Assembly: GCA_963693365.1 (NCBI GenBank) | Contig: CAVNZM010000004.1 | Span: forward strand, 3,273,547-3,337,546 | From: Amoebidium appalachense | Lineage: Eukaryota; Protista; Ichthyosporea | Direction of reading: 5' to 3' | Length of the DNA: 64,000 nt | Shown here: positions 13,173 to 49,989 of the stretch, one piece after another | Layout: each line of letters starts with the position of its first letter | How positions within the stretch are numbered: position 1 is the stretch's first letter | The notes under the pieces: generated by a model | What the model was told of the DNA's origin: nothing | Seen by the model: only the letters and a program-made list of their open reading frames with translations | Databases searched by the model: none | Position numbers and translations under genes: made by a program

Positions 13173-15205
13173 TCACGAGTTATCCAGTAACAAGTGCATA
13201 CTGAGATACCTGAACACTGTGTGAAAATCATATAAATACTCAATGTGACGACCAACAGAATTCAACAAAAAGTCTAAAGTGTTCACCTTGCCAGCTAGTG
13301 TAGCAGATACCCGGAGGGAAAGAGGTAAAACACGACATAAAAATTCACACCTATCAACATGCTTGCGATTAAAAAGGTCAGCACAAAAGTGGCACCAGCG
13401 GCGATGAAAACAAGAATTACAGCGCCACTGCACAACTTCCCAGGCAATATCAACATCAGAGCACCATACAGACTTATCTACTAGGGTGGTATCCATACGT
13501 ACAGCAGGAGAAATGTATCCTGCCAAAGCTCCCAAAAAGCGATAATGATCAGTACGGTGTTGCCTAAGGAACATAACACATGCCGACTGAGTTTTACCTT
13601 TGATTTCTCTATCAGAACGAGAAAGAAACTTATACTGCGTATGGTAATAACGCGAAAAGGCAGAAAAAACAGGAAGAGAAAAGAAAGAGGGAGTGAGATA
13701 GCGAGAGGAAGAATCAGGTGGAAAGAGGGTAGGCTGAGGACATTCAAAAGTAGCGTTGGTGAATCGGGGGGGAAGAGGATAAAAACTTCACGAGTTATCC
13801 AGTAACAAGTGCATACTGAGATACCTGAACACTGTGTTTTCACGAGTTATCCAGTAACAAGTGCATACTGAGATACCTGAACACTGTGTGAAAATCATAT
13901 AAATACTCAATGTGACGACCAACAGAATTCAACAAAATGTCTAAAGTGTTCAAATTGCCAGCTAGTGTAGCAGACACCCGTAGGGAAAGAGGTAAAACGC
14001 GACATAAACACTCACACCTATCAACATGCTTGCGATTAAAAATTTCAGCACAAAAGTGGCACCAGCGGCGATGAAAACAAGAATTACAGCGCCACTGCAC
14101 AACTTCCCAGGCAATATCAACATCAGAGCACCATACAGACTTATCTACTAGGGTGGTATCCATACGTACAGCAGGAGAAATGTATCCTGCCAAAGCTACC
14201 AAAAAGCAATAATGATCAGTACGGTGTTGCCTAAGGAACATAACACATGCCGACTGAGTTTTACCTTTGATTTCTCTATCAGAACGAGAAAGAAACTTAT
14301 ACTGCGTATGGTAATAACGCGAAAAGGCAGAAAAAACAGGAAGAGAAAAGAAAGAGGGAGTGAGATAGCGAGAGGAAGAATCAGGTTGAAAGAGGGTAGG
14401 CTGAGGACATTCAGAAGTAGCGTTGGTGAATCGGGGGGGAAGAGGGAGGGAGGGAGGGGGGGGAAAGAAAGCATAAAGAGGGTGACCATCAGGTATCCTA
14501 ACTAATTGAAAACAAAAACGAAGAGACAATTCCTCCATACGACAAACAGCAGACGACAATCCAAACATACTGATTAAGGGAGGCACAAACCGAGTACGAA
14601 ACAAAGTGCGCAGCGCAGTACCCTGAAAATCGTCGAACTCTTTCAGCGCCACGGCCGCCTCGCGAGGTGGGGCGCAGGCCAATAGCGGAAGTCCATATTA
14701 AAGTCGGCCGTAAAAAAGTTTTATAGTAGAGAAGAAGGTTCGCAGGATGGATCACAGACTCCCGTTGAAACATATTTGACACGATGTGAAGCTTACCCTT
14801 CGCACGAGCGATCCGTGCCGCGAGGAGCTTGCGGAAATCAATACCCCGTGCAGTAAAAAGAATACCCAAATAGTCATAGGTGCTCTGAACAGGAATAGGA
14901 AGACTGGCCAATCGAAAGGAAGCGTTTTTCGAAAAAGTAGCACACTTTGCAATTCCGACTGTCATGAGATTCTCGGTGCACCGTTGATCCACCTGACGAA
15001 GCATCTGGTGCATGACATCTTCGGTTAAGGAACAAAGAACAATATATCGTCCGCAAAAAGGAGACCCGGTACACGGCGGGTATGCAGTTGGCCAAAGGGT
15101 TCGAGGGCGCAGGCTAAATTGTCAATGAAAACGTCAAACAACAACGGACTCAGGAGGGACCCCTGCAGAAGACCCCGAGAACGGGAAAAACCGGGTGTTA
15201 ATGTT
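13173..15205 (-). mobile_element. 5'-truncated, frameshifted non-LTR retrotransposon (LINE-like RT) with a duplicated 3' segment
   Basis: RT motifs GLLQGSLLSPLLFDVFIDNL and LLFADDI (15025-15200), then GIAKC and YDYLGI (14498-15013), and a C-terminal Cys/His cluster CHFC...RKHVDRC ending at TGA 13840. Segment 13173-13790 is a near-identical copy of ~13840-14440. Confidence 0.85.
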
Positions 15206-15337
15206 TCATTGCCTTGCTCTTGCAGCATATTCACGGTCGTATGCTCTCTTTCTGGACTTGGGACTCAAGTTAGCGGAGCTGTCACCAGCACTGTCGGGAG
15301 CACTTGTGGAAGAACGCTTGGTTGTTTGCTCGGACAT
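15206..15337 (-). pseudogene. Truncated paralog of the 11902-12660 ORF, abutting the RT fragment
   Basis: MSEQTTKRSSTSAPDSAGDSSANLSPKSRKRA versus MSEQTAERSSASAPDSDGDRFANLSPKSRKRA; both share upstream ATAGTGGAAAGG on +. Confidence 0.75.
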
Positions 15338-16328
15338 AGTGGAAAGGGTTTTTGGCCTCACGTGCAGAGAAAGACTACAGAAAAGCAAGCTCACGTGCAC
15401 ACGAGAATGAGAAGAAAAGGTAGGCAAACGTTGCATGATTTGGCGCCCATTCCAGATAAGTACCCGGGCCCGGTCTCGAAAACCTCGGGAATACCGTACA
15501 GTAGCACACTGATCATGATACAATTGTGCAGAACCCCCCCCCCCCTCTCCCCTCCCTGCAGCCCTCTCAAATTTCCCGACTCGGTCATCAGCGCTACGTG
15601 CTGGCAGTATACAGGCTTTTGCAGACGGATTTGTATCATGACTTGCATTATGATATGTGGCCAAAAACACACACACACAATCAAAACGCTAAGTTGTCGA
15701 CATAACATAGTTAAAGTTTAGTAGCTGTAGCAATGTGCTTGAAACTCCCATGCTGGCTTCATACACAACACACAAGGCTTGACAAGTTTGCTTCCTGCCA
15801 GCACGCACACCATGTATCTCCGAGTTGTGAAAAATGATCGATTTCGATCGCAAAATTTATTACCAAGCTTTTGGTGTACATGGCATTCTTGCATTTCATA
15901 ACACAGTATCATCAGCAACCATAACAAAAGGCCTTGAATTTCACGTTAATAAACTACATAGCTGAACAAATAAAGAGAGTTTGCCATATATAGCCGTCGG
16001 CAATCATCAACCATGTACCTCTGTCAAGTAGAAGGCGTGTCTGTGTGACTGAGGTTGCCCCACTGCATGTGCTTGTTCTTGTGTATGGGTTTGTGCATGT
16101 GTTTGTGTGTGTGTGTGTGTGAGTGTGGTGTACTCGCTTTCAATAGTTGCTCATTCCTTCACGACTCATTCGACCATACACATTGCTATCACCAAACCAA
16201 ACCAAGCTGAAACAAAAAAAGACAAATCCAACCGTCCGAACCTACTAGCCAGTCACCAAGGACAAACTAAAACACATCCCTCACCACCCACCACACCATT
16301 CGTTTCTCTCAGCCACACATACTCGTAT

Positions 16329-39636
<23,308 letters not shown>

Positions 39637-41257
39637 GCCCCGTTAGGGCACTACTAACACTGTGTGTTGGTAAGAGGACTACTACTGACATAGCTACTGC
39701 ATTACAAGCATCAAAGCCACACGGAGTGGTGCACTCTTACATATGTTCTTTATGCATATGATTGCCCCGGCCGTGGCACCTTCTGAGTTCGAACCTTTGC
39801 ACGTGACCGGTGCATGCGATTGGCGGCTGCAAAGTTTTGGCGGGCCAGACCATAATAGTAGTAGTCTACGTTGGAAGACTATATCCTTGCATTTTATTAG
39901 CTAAATAGCAGCAAAACCGCCCCAGCTGTGCCGCAAAACGTCTGAAGACTACTCACTGACAACTGCAGGCTAGGCTGACTCTTGCTCAAGTCACGGCCCT
40001 CTGAAAAAAAGGCCTTCTGCAAATAGCGTGCCTCGAGGCCTTGCTCTTGCTCAATCACTGCATGCAGCTGCGGCGCACCGCAGTGTGAGTGGCAGGTTGC
40101 TGCGGCAGGTTGTGTGCACCTAAAAGGCAATGGAGGGCTGAAGGCATAGCAATCACGTGCACTCAGAAGAAGTTTAGAAGATACATTTGTATGAACATGT
40201 GCAAGGTGGTAAGCACCCATCCCAACGAGCAAACCCCAACGGTTCTTTCGGTTGAGTTCCTGGTCGTAACATCAGTCACGACAGAACACAGCGGCTGCTG
40301 AAAATCGTTGAGAACTGAGACACGGTAAAACTCCAGGTTGACATTTTGGACAGATTTTGCCTGCTGGTTTTTTTTATTTCGAGGCCTATGTGTGGTGTTC
40401 AGACGCTTGCACAATTCATTTAGACTAATATCAGGCTAGGGTGCAGTAGTACACCTGGGAGCCAAAGAAGTTCCTTGAATCAACCGTTTAGGATAAAATA
40501 CCAACGCATTTACTCCCGCTCTATTGTTAGCAGTCATGGATAATTGCACACACAGCACAAGGCAGACTTTCTTCCATCCTGTTGTTAGGAGTTATTAGGT
40601 ATATAGTGGCACACGTGTACACATGTCTGCTACAAATCACATGGTTATATGTACTAGGCTCTCTCATCATTATCGTCATTGTAGACTTCACATCATATTT
40701 ACAAAACTTCAGCGGCTTTCAGCTATATGCATGGCTTATAAAGTACATGTCTCCATCTTTCCGACTCAGATGGAGCCAACTCAACCCTTGTGCATACGTA
40801 CGTACCTCCCACACATTGCCCCCGAGCCCCAAAAAAGACTGCCCAAATCACCTTACACATCAGATTGTTGTGCGAGGCTGCGGGCTTTGAGTTGCACAGA
40901 TACCCCCTCTCCCCCCCGGCGCCAATGATTTATCCGCTGCCTCAGCAGCTGCGCAAGTGTGTGCTCTGTTTGAGCAGATAGCACACAGCCGTATTTGAGC
41001 AAGGTAGGGCAAACTGCATGGGTGAAATATGTAGGAAACTATGTTGCAGAGCTGCTAGATTTATCGCACGGCTTCTTAGACGTGGCTATACGTTCCTGGG
41101 CAGGCCCTTTAAATCATGATCTACTGTACCCTCTGGGCCGGGGGGAGGGGGGGGGGGGGGGGGGGGCACCAGGGGAAGTGAGCGGAGAGAGACTGACTCT
41201 AATGTGACCTCGTGTGTACGGCTACAGTACGTGTGTGTGTGTGTGTGTGTGTGTCAC

Positions 41258-41301
<44 letters not shown>

Positions 41302-41487
41302 CGTGCATGCGTGCATGTGTGTGTGTGTGTGTGATTGTACACGTGTGCTCGAGAGGTGCATGGGCTTTTTTATAAGGGTGTGTGTGTGGGGAGGGGGGTT
41401 GGAGGACGGAGGGGGAGGGGGGAGGGGGGGGGGGAAGGGGGGGATGAGTAGCTATTTCTGTGTGGGTTCTTCGAAGGGTTGGTTAAA

Positions 41488-41549
<62 letters not shown>

Positions 41550-42459
41550 GGAGCTGGGGCCTGGGTCGACTTCAAAAATTGGTCCAGATGTTACAAGGTT
41601 GATCATTGTTAGAATACAGAATAACTTACATAGGTTAGTGAGCAGGCTACGATTGTTACTTTCATATGATCGTGTGGAAATTATAACTCATGTCAGTTCG
41701 CGGTGCAGTCAGAGTGATCATACATGCCGTGGAATCAGTCAGTTGCACAAGAGTTTCCTTCGAGAATTGTGCTCGCTTACTGTATACTTCACATTGATAG
41801 ATAAAAAACATTTTGGGATAGAATGGCAAATCTATAAATAAAACAGTATGCATGTGTAGGCATGTACCGGCGGGGAGGGCGGGGGAAACAACTCTAAGTC
41901 GGTCCACTGAATCTAAGCATGCATCGTCCCAGGCCATCAGCTCCCCATATTACAAAACCAATCTTAACGTGCACTAGCGAAGCAGGGGTGTTGTGTGTGT
42001 TACCAAGCCATGTATGTCGTCTACTGCCCCCATGTGCCCATCTAACCCCCCAACACAACTCTCTTTCTCTCTGCATGCACCGTAAACAGTTCCTCGGGCC
42101 GTAGCCTTCACCTTGGTGTCCGGCCGTTTGGTTGCCTTGGTTGTCTGGGTGCTCGTCTTGGGTTTGGGTTTTTGTGCAGCCGCGCACAGCCTAGCCCACA
42201 ATGACCACACTGGCTTAATAATGGCCGAGGCTGACTGGCAGTTATTCGTGCCTGTGTGGGTAGATGGCATGTCAGTGAGCCTTTGCATTGAACTGGCAGC
42301 GAAAAAAAAAAGAGCTATAATTGACCGCCAAAAGATATTTTAGAAGCATGGGAGAGAGGATCGTAGCAAGTGGCGAAAAAAAGGGTGCAGCAATAAACAG
42401 CAGCAGGTGGGCACCTAGGTTAACCAGCGAGGAGAGCATCGAAGGGAAGCCTGAATTAC

Positions 42460-43198
42460 CTTTTTGCGGCTGCGCATGAAGCTGACTCAGGAAGTCCTCT
42501 CGCTACGATTTTCTTTCATATAATAGGCAATGCACATGTGGAATATTTCGGCGCTCTCTTCGATGCACTCCTTGTGTCCTGCAAGCTCTGACTTCAACTT
42601 CTGCAGTGCAGCAATATTACCTTTGAGCTGTGCCTTAGAAATATATTCCTTGTGTGCCTGGCAGTAGTAAATCATAAGAACATTCGCTTCCAGTTCCATC
42701 TCCTGAAGGTCACGAATTCGAATCAAGCGTACGTAATCGTGGTCAGGTAGCTATAGGCCGCGGCGGTCATGTTTGGCCACCAGTTTGTGGATGTCCATCA
42801 GTACCTTTGTTTTCTGGGCAAGGTCCGTGGCGTGCATGAGCGGCAGTCTCGACAACATGATCACGGGTGCAAAACAGAAAGGCTTGGTTGTGTTGGACTG
42901 TCTCTAGTACCGTGCTGTGACACGTGCGTGGCACAGTTTTTTTTACTGAGGCAAACACTTTGTTGCTCCTATGGTACCACACTGTACCACACTCTGTACC
43001 AGCCTCCTATATGCATAAGGTTGACTCAGTCTCGGGCACGCGCAACTTTCTTTCTTTTCAAACAGTTTGATGTCGAACCTCTAGATCTACATGCATGTTT
43101 TGACTGCAGCAGTTATTCGGTCCCACTTCCCACCGAAGTTCCTTTTAAATAAAAAAAACTAAGACGGTGTCTGTCACCAATCGCTTCTTCTCTGTCAT
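42460..43198 (-). pseudogene. Decayed unidentified coding sequence
   Basis: Begins MTEKKRLVTDTVLV; after a slip in the T-run it reads FKRNFGGKWDRITAAVKTCM* and stays in one frame into ORF 42487-42726, with five internal TAG/TAA codons. Confidence 0.5.
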
Positions 43199-43360
43199 CG
43201 TTATGGGCCCAGTGGGTCAGTCAGGCAGCAGCAGGCATGTATACAATGTCTATGTTCTGGCCCTAGCCCGACGCCCCGAATTCGTGCGAACCGTCACAAG
43301 TTCGAACTTGTAAACTGTTCACAACTTGTGACTCAGGAGTCGTGGTACATACCCGACTCC

Positions 43361-43634
43361 ATAGTTCACCGGGGGCATGTTGCCCAACTTCATAGTTCAC
43401 CGGGGGCATGCTACCTGAACCGCGTAGTTCACCGGGGGCATGTTGCCCGACTGCGTAGTTCACCGGGGGCATGTTGCCCGACTGCGTAATTCACCGGGGG
43501 CATGTTGCCCGACTGCGTAGTTCACCGGGGGCATGTTGCCCGACTGCGTAGTCTACCGGGGGCATGTTGCCCGACTGCGTAGTTTACCGGGGGCATGTTG
43601 CCCGACTGCGTAGTTTACCGGGGGCATGTTGCCC
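43361..43634. repeat. 31-bp tandem repeat, ~9 copies
   Basis: Unit TAGTTCACCGGGGGCATGTTGCCCGACTGCG with an internal inverted repeat GGGCA-TGT-TGCCC. Confidence 0.92.
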
Positions 43635-43750
43635 TCCCCCTCCCCCCCCTCCCCCCCCCGTAGCCCTAAACCACACACAGTACATAAACATGTGTGCAAC
43701 AGGTTTGAAAGTCAGTCAGTTTGCGATTGTTGCAGTGGAAAAAAAAAAGA

Positions 43751-44215
43751 ATGAACGTCGCAATGTCGAGAGAGTTTCCCAACACCGTCGAGGCTGCGCT
43801 GATGATAGCCTATAGGCTGCTTATGGACGGGAGACCGCCTGAGGTTGCGGGGGAGATCTACCACCTCGTCAACACCACCGCCAAGGTGCACACCAGCATC
43901 GCCCGCCTGTGCGGCGCCCTCGTCAGAGGCCTACGCGCGGGACGCCGCCACGACGACCCCGAGCTGTTGCTGCTGCAACAGGAGCTAATGGGCATGGTCC
44001 CGCTCTACATGCGCCCGCACGTCCGCAAGTGCGCCGTCGATGGCCCTGACGCTGTGGCCCGCTTCTGCCAAAGCTGCCTACAAGCCAACATCAACACGGC
44101 GATACGCATGGCTGGCCCCTACGTCCGCTGCGTCCCGGCCGCCCGCCTCACGCAAGCCCCCCTGGACTCGGCCCCGCCTGCCAAGCGCACAAGTGAAGAC
44201 AACGTGAGACAGTGA
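43751..44215 (+). CDS. Intronless GC-rich hypothetical protein (~150 aa)
   Basis: ATG at 43751 or 43763 (MSREFPNTVEAALM...). Strong GC3 bias, one CxxC (FCQSC), and C-terminal PPAKR. Confidence 0.65.
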   Translation: MNVAMSREFPNTVEAALMIAYRLLMDGRPPEVAGEIYHLVNTTAKVHTSIARLCGALVRGLRAGRRHDDPELLLLQQELMGMVPLYMRPHVRKCAVDGPDAVARFCQSCLQANINTAIRMAGPYVRCVPAARLTQAPLDSAPPAKRTSEDNVRQ

Positions 44216-44349
44216 CAATCACCGGAGGCGATGTGTATAGAACACACAGCAATGCTGTACACAGCAAGCAACTCGGCCTCAAGCCTGTAATAAACTACCA
44301 CTCAATAATCATTGTTCGTGCTGCTTGCGCCACGGCGGCCTCCTGTATA

Positions 44350-45950
<1,601 letters not shown>

Positions 45951-46379
45951 TAGGAGGCCTTGCTATGACCTGGTTAACGACGTAAAGCTTGATCCAATCA
46001 GAATGAATAGAAAGAAACTAAATAGAGTAAAAAGTAAGATCTAGACATGATTTAGATCGAACCAAAGAGTGTAAAACTTTCTGCTAAACAAAATGCATGA
46101 TTGTTAGTGAATCAAGTCTGTGCCTCTGCAGCTGTTGCTTCATTCTGATTGGTTGTCACACCACGGGGTTTCCCGATTGTTCTTCGAATGACATTTGCTA
46201 TCACTATCAGACAGTTCTCCAATATCAGAACAGAAAACGGTCTCTACCCAGATGGCCAGATGGCCAGGTCAAATTCAGTGTGTGGAAAAAGGTGGATAAA
46301 ACGGGATAAAACGGTGAGCAAAATGATCTGGCCATCTGGCCATGTGGCCATGGAATCTCTATATCTAAAAATAGCTGCC

Positions 46380-46642
46380 ACTGCGCCGGGGCGTGGTTCC
46401 GGGAGGCAGGGGAGCAGGGGGGCACTCACTGGCCCTGCGCCGGGGCCTGGTTCCGGGAGGCAGGGGAGCAGGGGGGCAGGGGGGCAGGGGGGCCACTCAG
46501 TGTGTGGGTGTGCATATGGCCATGGTCACACTGGGGGCCTGGTTCCGGGGGCAGGGGAGCAGGGGGGGCAGGGGGGCAGGGGAGCTGGGGAGCTGGGGGG
46601 GCTGGGGGGCAGGGGAGCAGGGGGGCTGGGGGGGCTGGGGAG
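46380..46642 (+). repeat. G-rich short repeats (G-quadruplex-prone)
   Basis: CTGCGCCGGGGC.TGGTTCCGGGAGGCAGGGGAGCAGGGGGGCA twice, plus reiterated GGGGCAGGGGAGC. Confidence 0.7.
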
Positions 46643-46736
46643 ACTGGCATGCCACTCACAGCGTGGATAAATGTTGTGTGTGCATAGTGTATGTTGGCAT
46701 CATGCGGCTGTGTGGGTGATAAAGGCAGAAGCCACA

Positions 46737-48171
46737 ACACGTGTGGTGTCTAAACAGCCTATAGGCATGCTCCGTGTGCAGGCACCAATTTCTACCCTCT
46801 TCTGGTTGGTGCCAAGAGGCAGCGCCCTACACGTGTGGTGTCTAAACAGCCTATAGGCATGCTCCGTGTGCAGGCACCAATTTCTACCCTCTTCTGGTTG
46901 GTGCCAAGAGGCAGCGCCCTACACGTGTGGTGTCTAAACAGCCTATAGGCATGCTGCGTGTGCAGGCACCAATTTCTACCCTCTTCTGGTTGGTGCCAAG
47001 AGGCAGCGCCCTACACGTGTGGTGTCTAAACAGCCTATAGGCATGCTGCGTGTGCAGGCACCAATTTCTACCCTCTTCTGGTTGGTGCCAAGAGGCAGCG
47101 CCCTACACGTGTGGTGTCTAAACAGCCTATAGGCATGCTGCGTGTGCAGGCACCAATTTCTACCCTCTTCTGGTTGGTGCCAAGAGGCAGCGCCCTACAC
47201 GTGTGGTGTCTAAACAGCCTATAGGCATGCTGCGTGTGCAGGCACCAATTTCTACCCTCTTCTGGTTGGTGCCAAGAGGCAGCGCCCTACACGTGTGGTG
47301 TCTAAACAGCCTATAGGCATGCTCCGTGTGCAGGCACCAATTTCTACCCTCTTCTGGTTGGTGCCAAGAGGCAGCGCCCTACACGTGTGGTGTCTAAACA
47401 GCCTATAGGCATGCTCCGTGTGCAGGCACCAATTTCTACCCTCTTCTGGTTGGTGCCAAGAGGCAGCGCCCTACACGTGTGGTGTCTAAACAGCCTATAG
47501 GCATGCTCCGTGTGCAGGCACCAATTTCTACCCTCTTCTGGTTGGTGCCAAGAGGCAGCGCCCTACACGTGTGGTGTCTAAACAGCCTATAGGCATGCTC
47601 CGTGTGCAGGCACCAATTTCTACCCTCTTCTGGTTGGTGCCAAGAGGCAGCGCCCTACACGTGTGGTGTCTAAACAGCCTATAGGCATGCTCCGTGTGCA
47701 GGCACCAATTTCTACCCTCTTCTGGTTGGTGCCAAGAGGCAGCGCCCTACACGTGTGGTGTCTAAACAGCCTATAGGCATGCTCCGTGTGCAGGCACCAA
47801 TTTCTACCCTCTTCTGGTTGGTGCCAAGAGGCAGCGCCCTACACGTGTGGTGTCTAAACAGCCTATAGGCATGCTCCGTGTGCAGGCACCAATTTCTACC
47901 CTCTTCTGGTTGGTGCCAAGAGGCAGCGCCCTACACGTGTGGTGTCTAAACAGCCTATAGGCATGCTCCGTGTGCAGGCACCAATTTCTACCCTCTTCTG
48001 GTTGGTGCCAAGAGGCAGCGCCCTACACGTGTGGTGTCTAAACAGCCTATAGGCATGCTCCGTGTGCAGGCACCAATTTCTACCCTCTTCTGGTTGGTGC
48101 CAAGAGGCAGCGCCCTACACGTGTGGTGTCTAAACAGCCTATAGGCATGCTCCGTGTGCAGGCACTAATTT
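46737..48171. repeat. 92-bp tandem array, ~15.6 nearly identical copies
   Basis: Unit ACACGTGTGGTGTCTAAACAGCCTATAGGCATGCT(C/G)CGTGTGCAGGCACCAATTTCTACCCTCTTCTGGTTGGTGCCAAGAGGCAGCGCCCT, starting at 46737, 46829, 46921 ... 48117. Confidence 0.97.
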
Positions 48172-48204
48172 GTTGTGCCTTCCTTTTTTGGTTAGATCTA
48201 TACC

Positions 48205-48370
48205 CGGCCAATGGTTAGCAGCCACGGGTTTGTTTTCATCAAGCTTAGACGTGATACTTTGCCAATCATCAAGGCCGTTTGAGTGACAATGACCGTTGAT
48301 TGGACAGATCTATCCCATTGAGCCTTGGCACCATTGCTGTAAGCTGCTTTTTACCGTGGCATATAAAAGC
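48205..48370 (+). promoter_or_regulatory. CCAAT boxes plus TATA box upstream of ORF 48465
   Basis: CCAAT near 48208 and 48262, ATTGG near 48299, ATATAAAAG at 48361. Confidence 0.55.
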
Positions 48371-48464
48371 AGCACACACGGTCACATTCACTCATTTCAA
48401 CACTGACACTCAATAGTAAAAGGCGACACACAACAAACTTGTTTTTCAAACACTCACACGAAAC

Positions 48465-49589
48465 ATGGATTCTTTGAAAGAGGAGCTTCAACAGCTGCAG
48501 AAGCGCTTTGATTTTCTGTACACGGACCATTCGTCTCGCTTAACGGCCCTGCACACCGACCTCACCAGCCTCCGCAGTCAAGTGACCAATGAGAATGCTG
48601 CACGTACCCCCCGACCCCCCCAACCCCAGCCCTCTGATGTAGAGGCACGACTGAGGGCAGCCGAAGAGCAGATCAAGACCCTGCAGGCCGAGCTTGCCAG
48701 CCTGCAACGGGCTGCAGCACCCCACCGGGATGGCCAGGTGGCCTATGAAAACTACATTTTCAGTGGCCCTTGCAAGACTACCCCTGTGGCCATGACCACC
48801 ACTGTGACTGCCCCCCCCCCTGCCGGCAAGACCACCACTGTGACTGCCCCCACCCCTGCCGCCAAGACCGCCCCTGTGACTGCCCCCACCCCTGCCGCCA
48901 AGACCGCCCCTGTGACTGCCCCCACCCCTGCCGCCAAGACCACTCCTGCCAAGACCACCCCTACCACCAAGACCACTCCTGCCAAGACCACCCCTACCAC
49001 CAAGACCACTCCTGCCAAGACCACCCCTACCACCAAGACCACTCCTGCCAAGACCACCCCTGCCGCTAAGCCCAGGCCCAAGCACACCAAAACACCTGAG
49101 ACTTCGTTGCATGACCATACGATGGACCTCGATGCACAGCTAACTAGTGTGAGGGGGGAGCTCCAGAATGCTCGAGAGCGTGTCAAAGAGGCAAAGGCGG
49201 CTGAAGATGAAATGGCGGAGGGCCTGGCCCTTGCTGCTGTGTGTGCAGCCCAAAACACCATAAAAAGCATCCGAAGGAAGATTCTGCGACGGGAGAAGAA
49301 CTTGAAGGCATACACAGGTGGTAATGAGTCTGTCTCTTCACCTGCCTCACCCGCCAAACGCGTCCATGATCAATGTGATTGGGACTCAGATGAAGCATTC
49401 AACCCCAAGCGGCTCAAACGACGGGCAAATCAGGTACTCGATGATATGACAGATGACGAATCTGCGTCTGATCGTGAGTCGGTCGTGTATGACCGCAAAC
49501 CTGAACCCAAACATAAACAAACTGAAGAAATTCCTCTCATTGATCTTGACCAGGAAGAGTTTGACCAGTATGAGCATGAGATGTACTGA
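48465..49589 (+). CDS. Coiled-coil protein with a Pro/Thr/Lys repeat linker (374 aa)
   Basis: Intronless ORF with good start context (AAACATGG), heptad regions, (KTTP)n / TAPTPAAK repeats, an NLS-like PKRLKRR and an acidic tail. Confidence 0.85.
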   Translation: MDSLKEELQQLQKRFDFLYTDHSSRLTALHTDLTSLRSQVTNENAARTPRPPQPQPSDVEARLRAAEEQIKTLQAELASLQRAAAPHRDGQVAYENYIFSGPCKTTPVAMTTTVTAPPPAGKTTTVTAPTPAAKTAPVTAPTPAAKTAPVTAPTPAAKTTPAKTTPTTKTTPAKTTPTTKTTPAKTTPTTKTTPAKTTPAAKPRPKHTKTPETSLHDHTMDLDAQLTSVRGELQNARERVKEAKAAEDEMAEGLALAAVCAAQNTIKSIRRKILRREKNLKAYTGGNESVSSPASPAKRVHDQCDWDSDEAFNPKRLKRRANQVLDDMTDDESASDRESVVYDRKPEPKHKQTEEIPLIDLDQEEFDQYEHEMY

Positions 49590-49989
49590 TTTGATTGGTC
49601 GACTAAGTGGCATTCTCTTTTGATTTGTATTTGAATTGATCGGTCTTGATTTATTTGTTTCTTTTCTCTTTTAGTTTGTATTTGAATATACCCGGTCCAA
49701 GTTGATTTGTTCTTTGTAATCTGACTAGACTATCATGTACGTACTTACTCTTTTTCTATACAATCACTTGTGTTCATATTAAAGGATTCTGTGTACGTGG
49801 ACCACGGAAACATACACCATTTTTTGCAGTGCTTCATGCTATAAAATAACCATGAGAGACACAAACAAATACACTAAGTGTGTACACGTCTACCCATAGG
49901 CCCAAGTGTTGACATGTCTGCCCACAGTTCCCTAAGGCTTACAGCACACATCTGCCTGTATGCCATAAACTTTACTTTCACCACAAGAC

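Noticed and set aside
39677-39866. AGTAGTAGTC / GACTACTACT as a Polinton terminus
   Set aside because: Only 10 bp, located in the RPC2 promoter region, with no long TIR or TSD demonstrable.
43361-43634. p53-type response elements (GGGCATGTTG)
   Set aside because: Imperfect single half-sites, and no evidence that the host has p53.
46737-48171. Hammerhead ribozyme in the 92-bp unit
   Set aside because: No CTGATGA...GAAA core on either strand.
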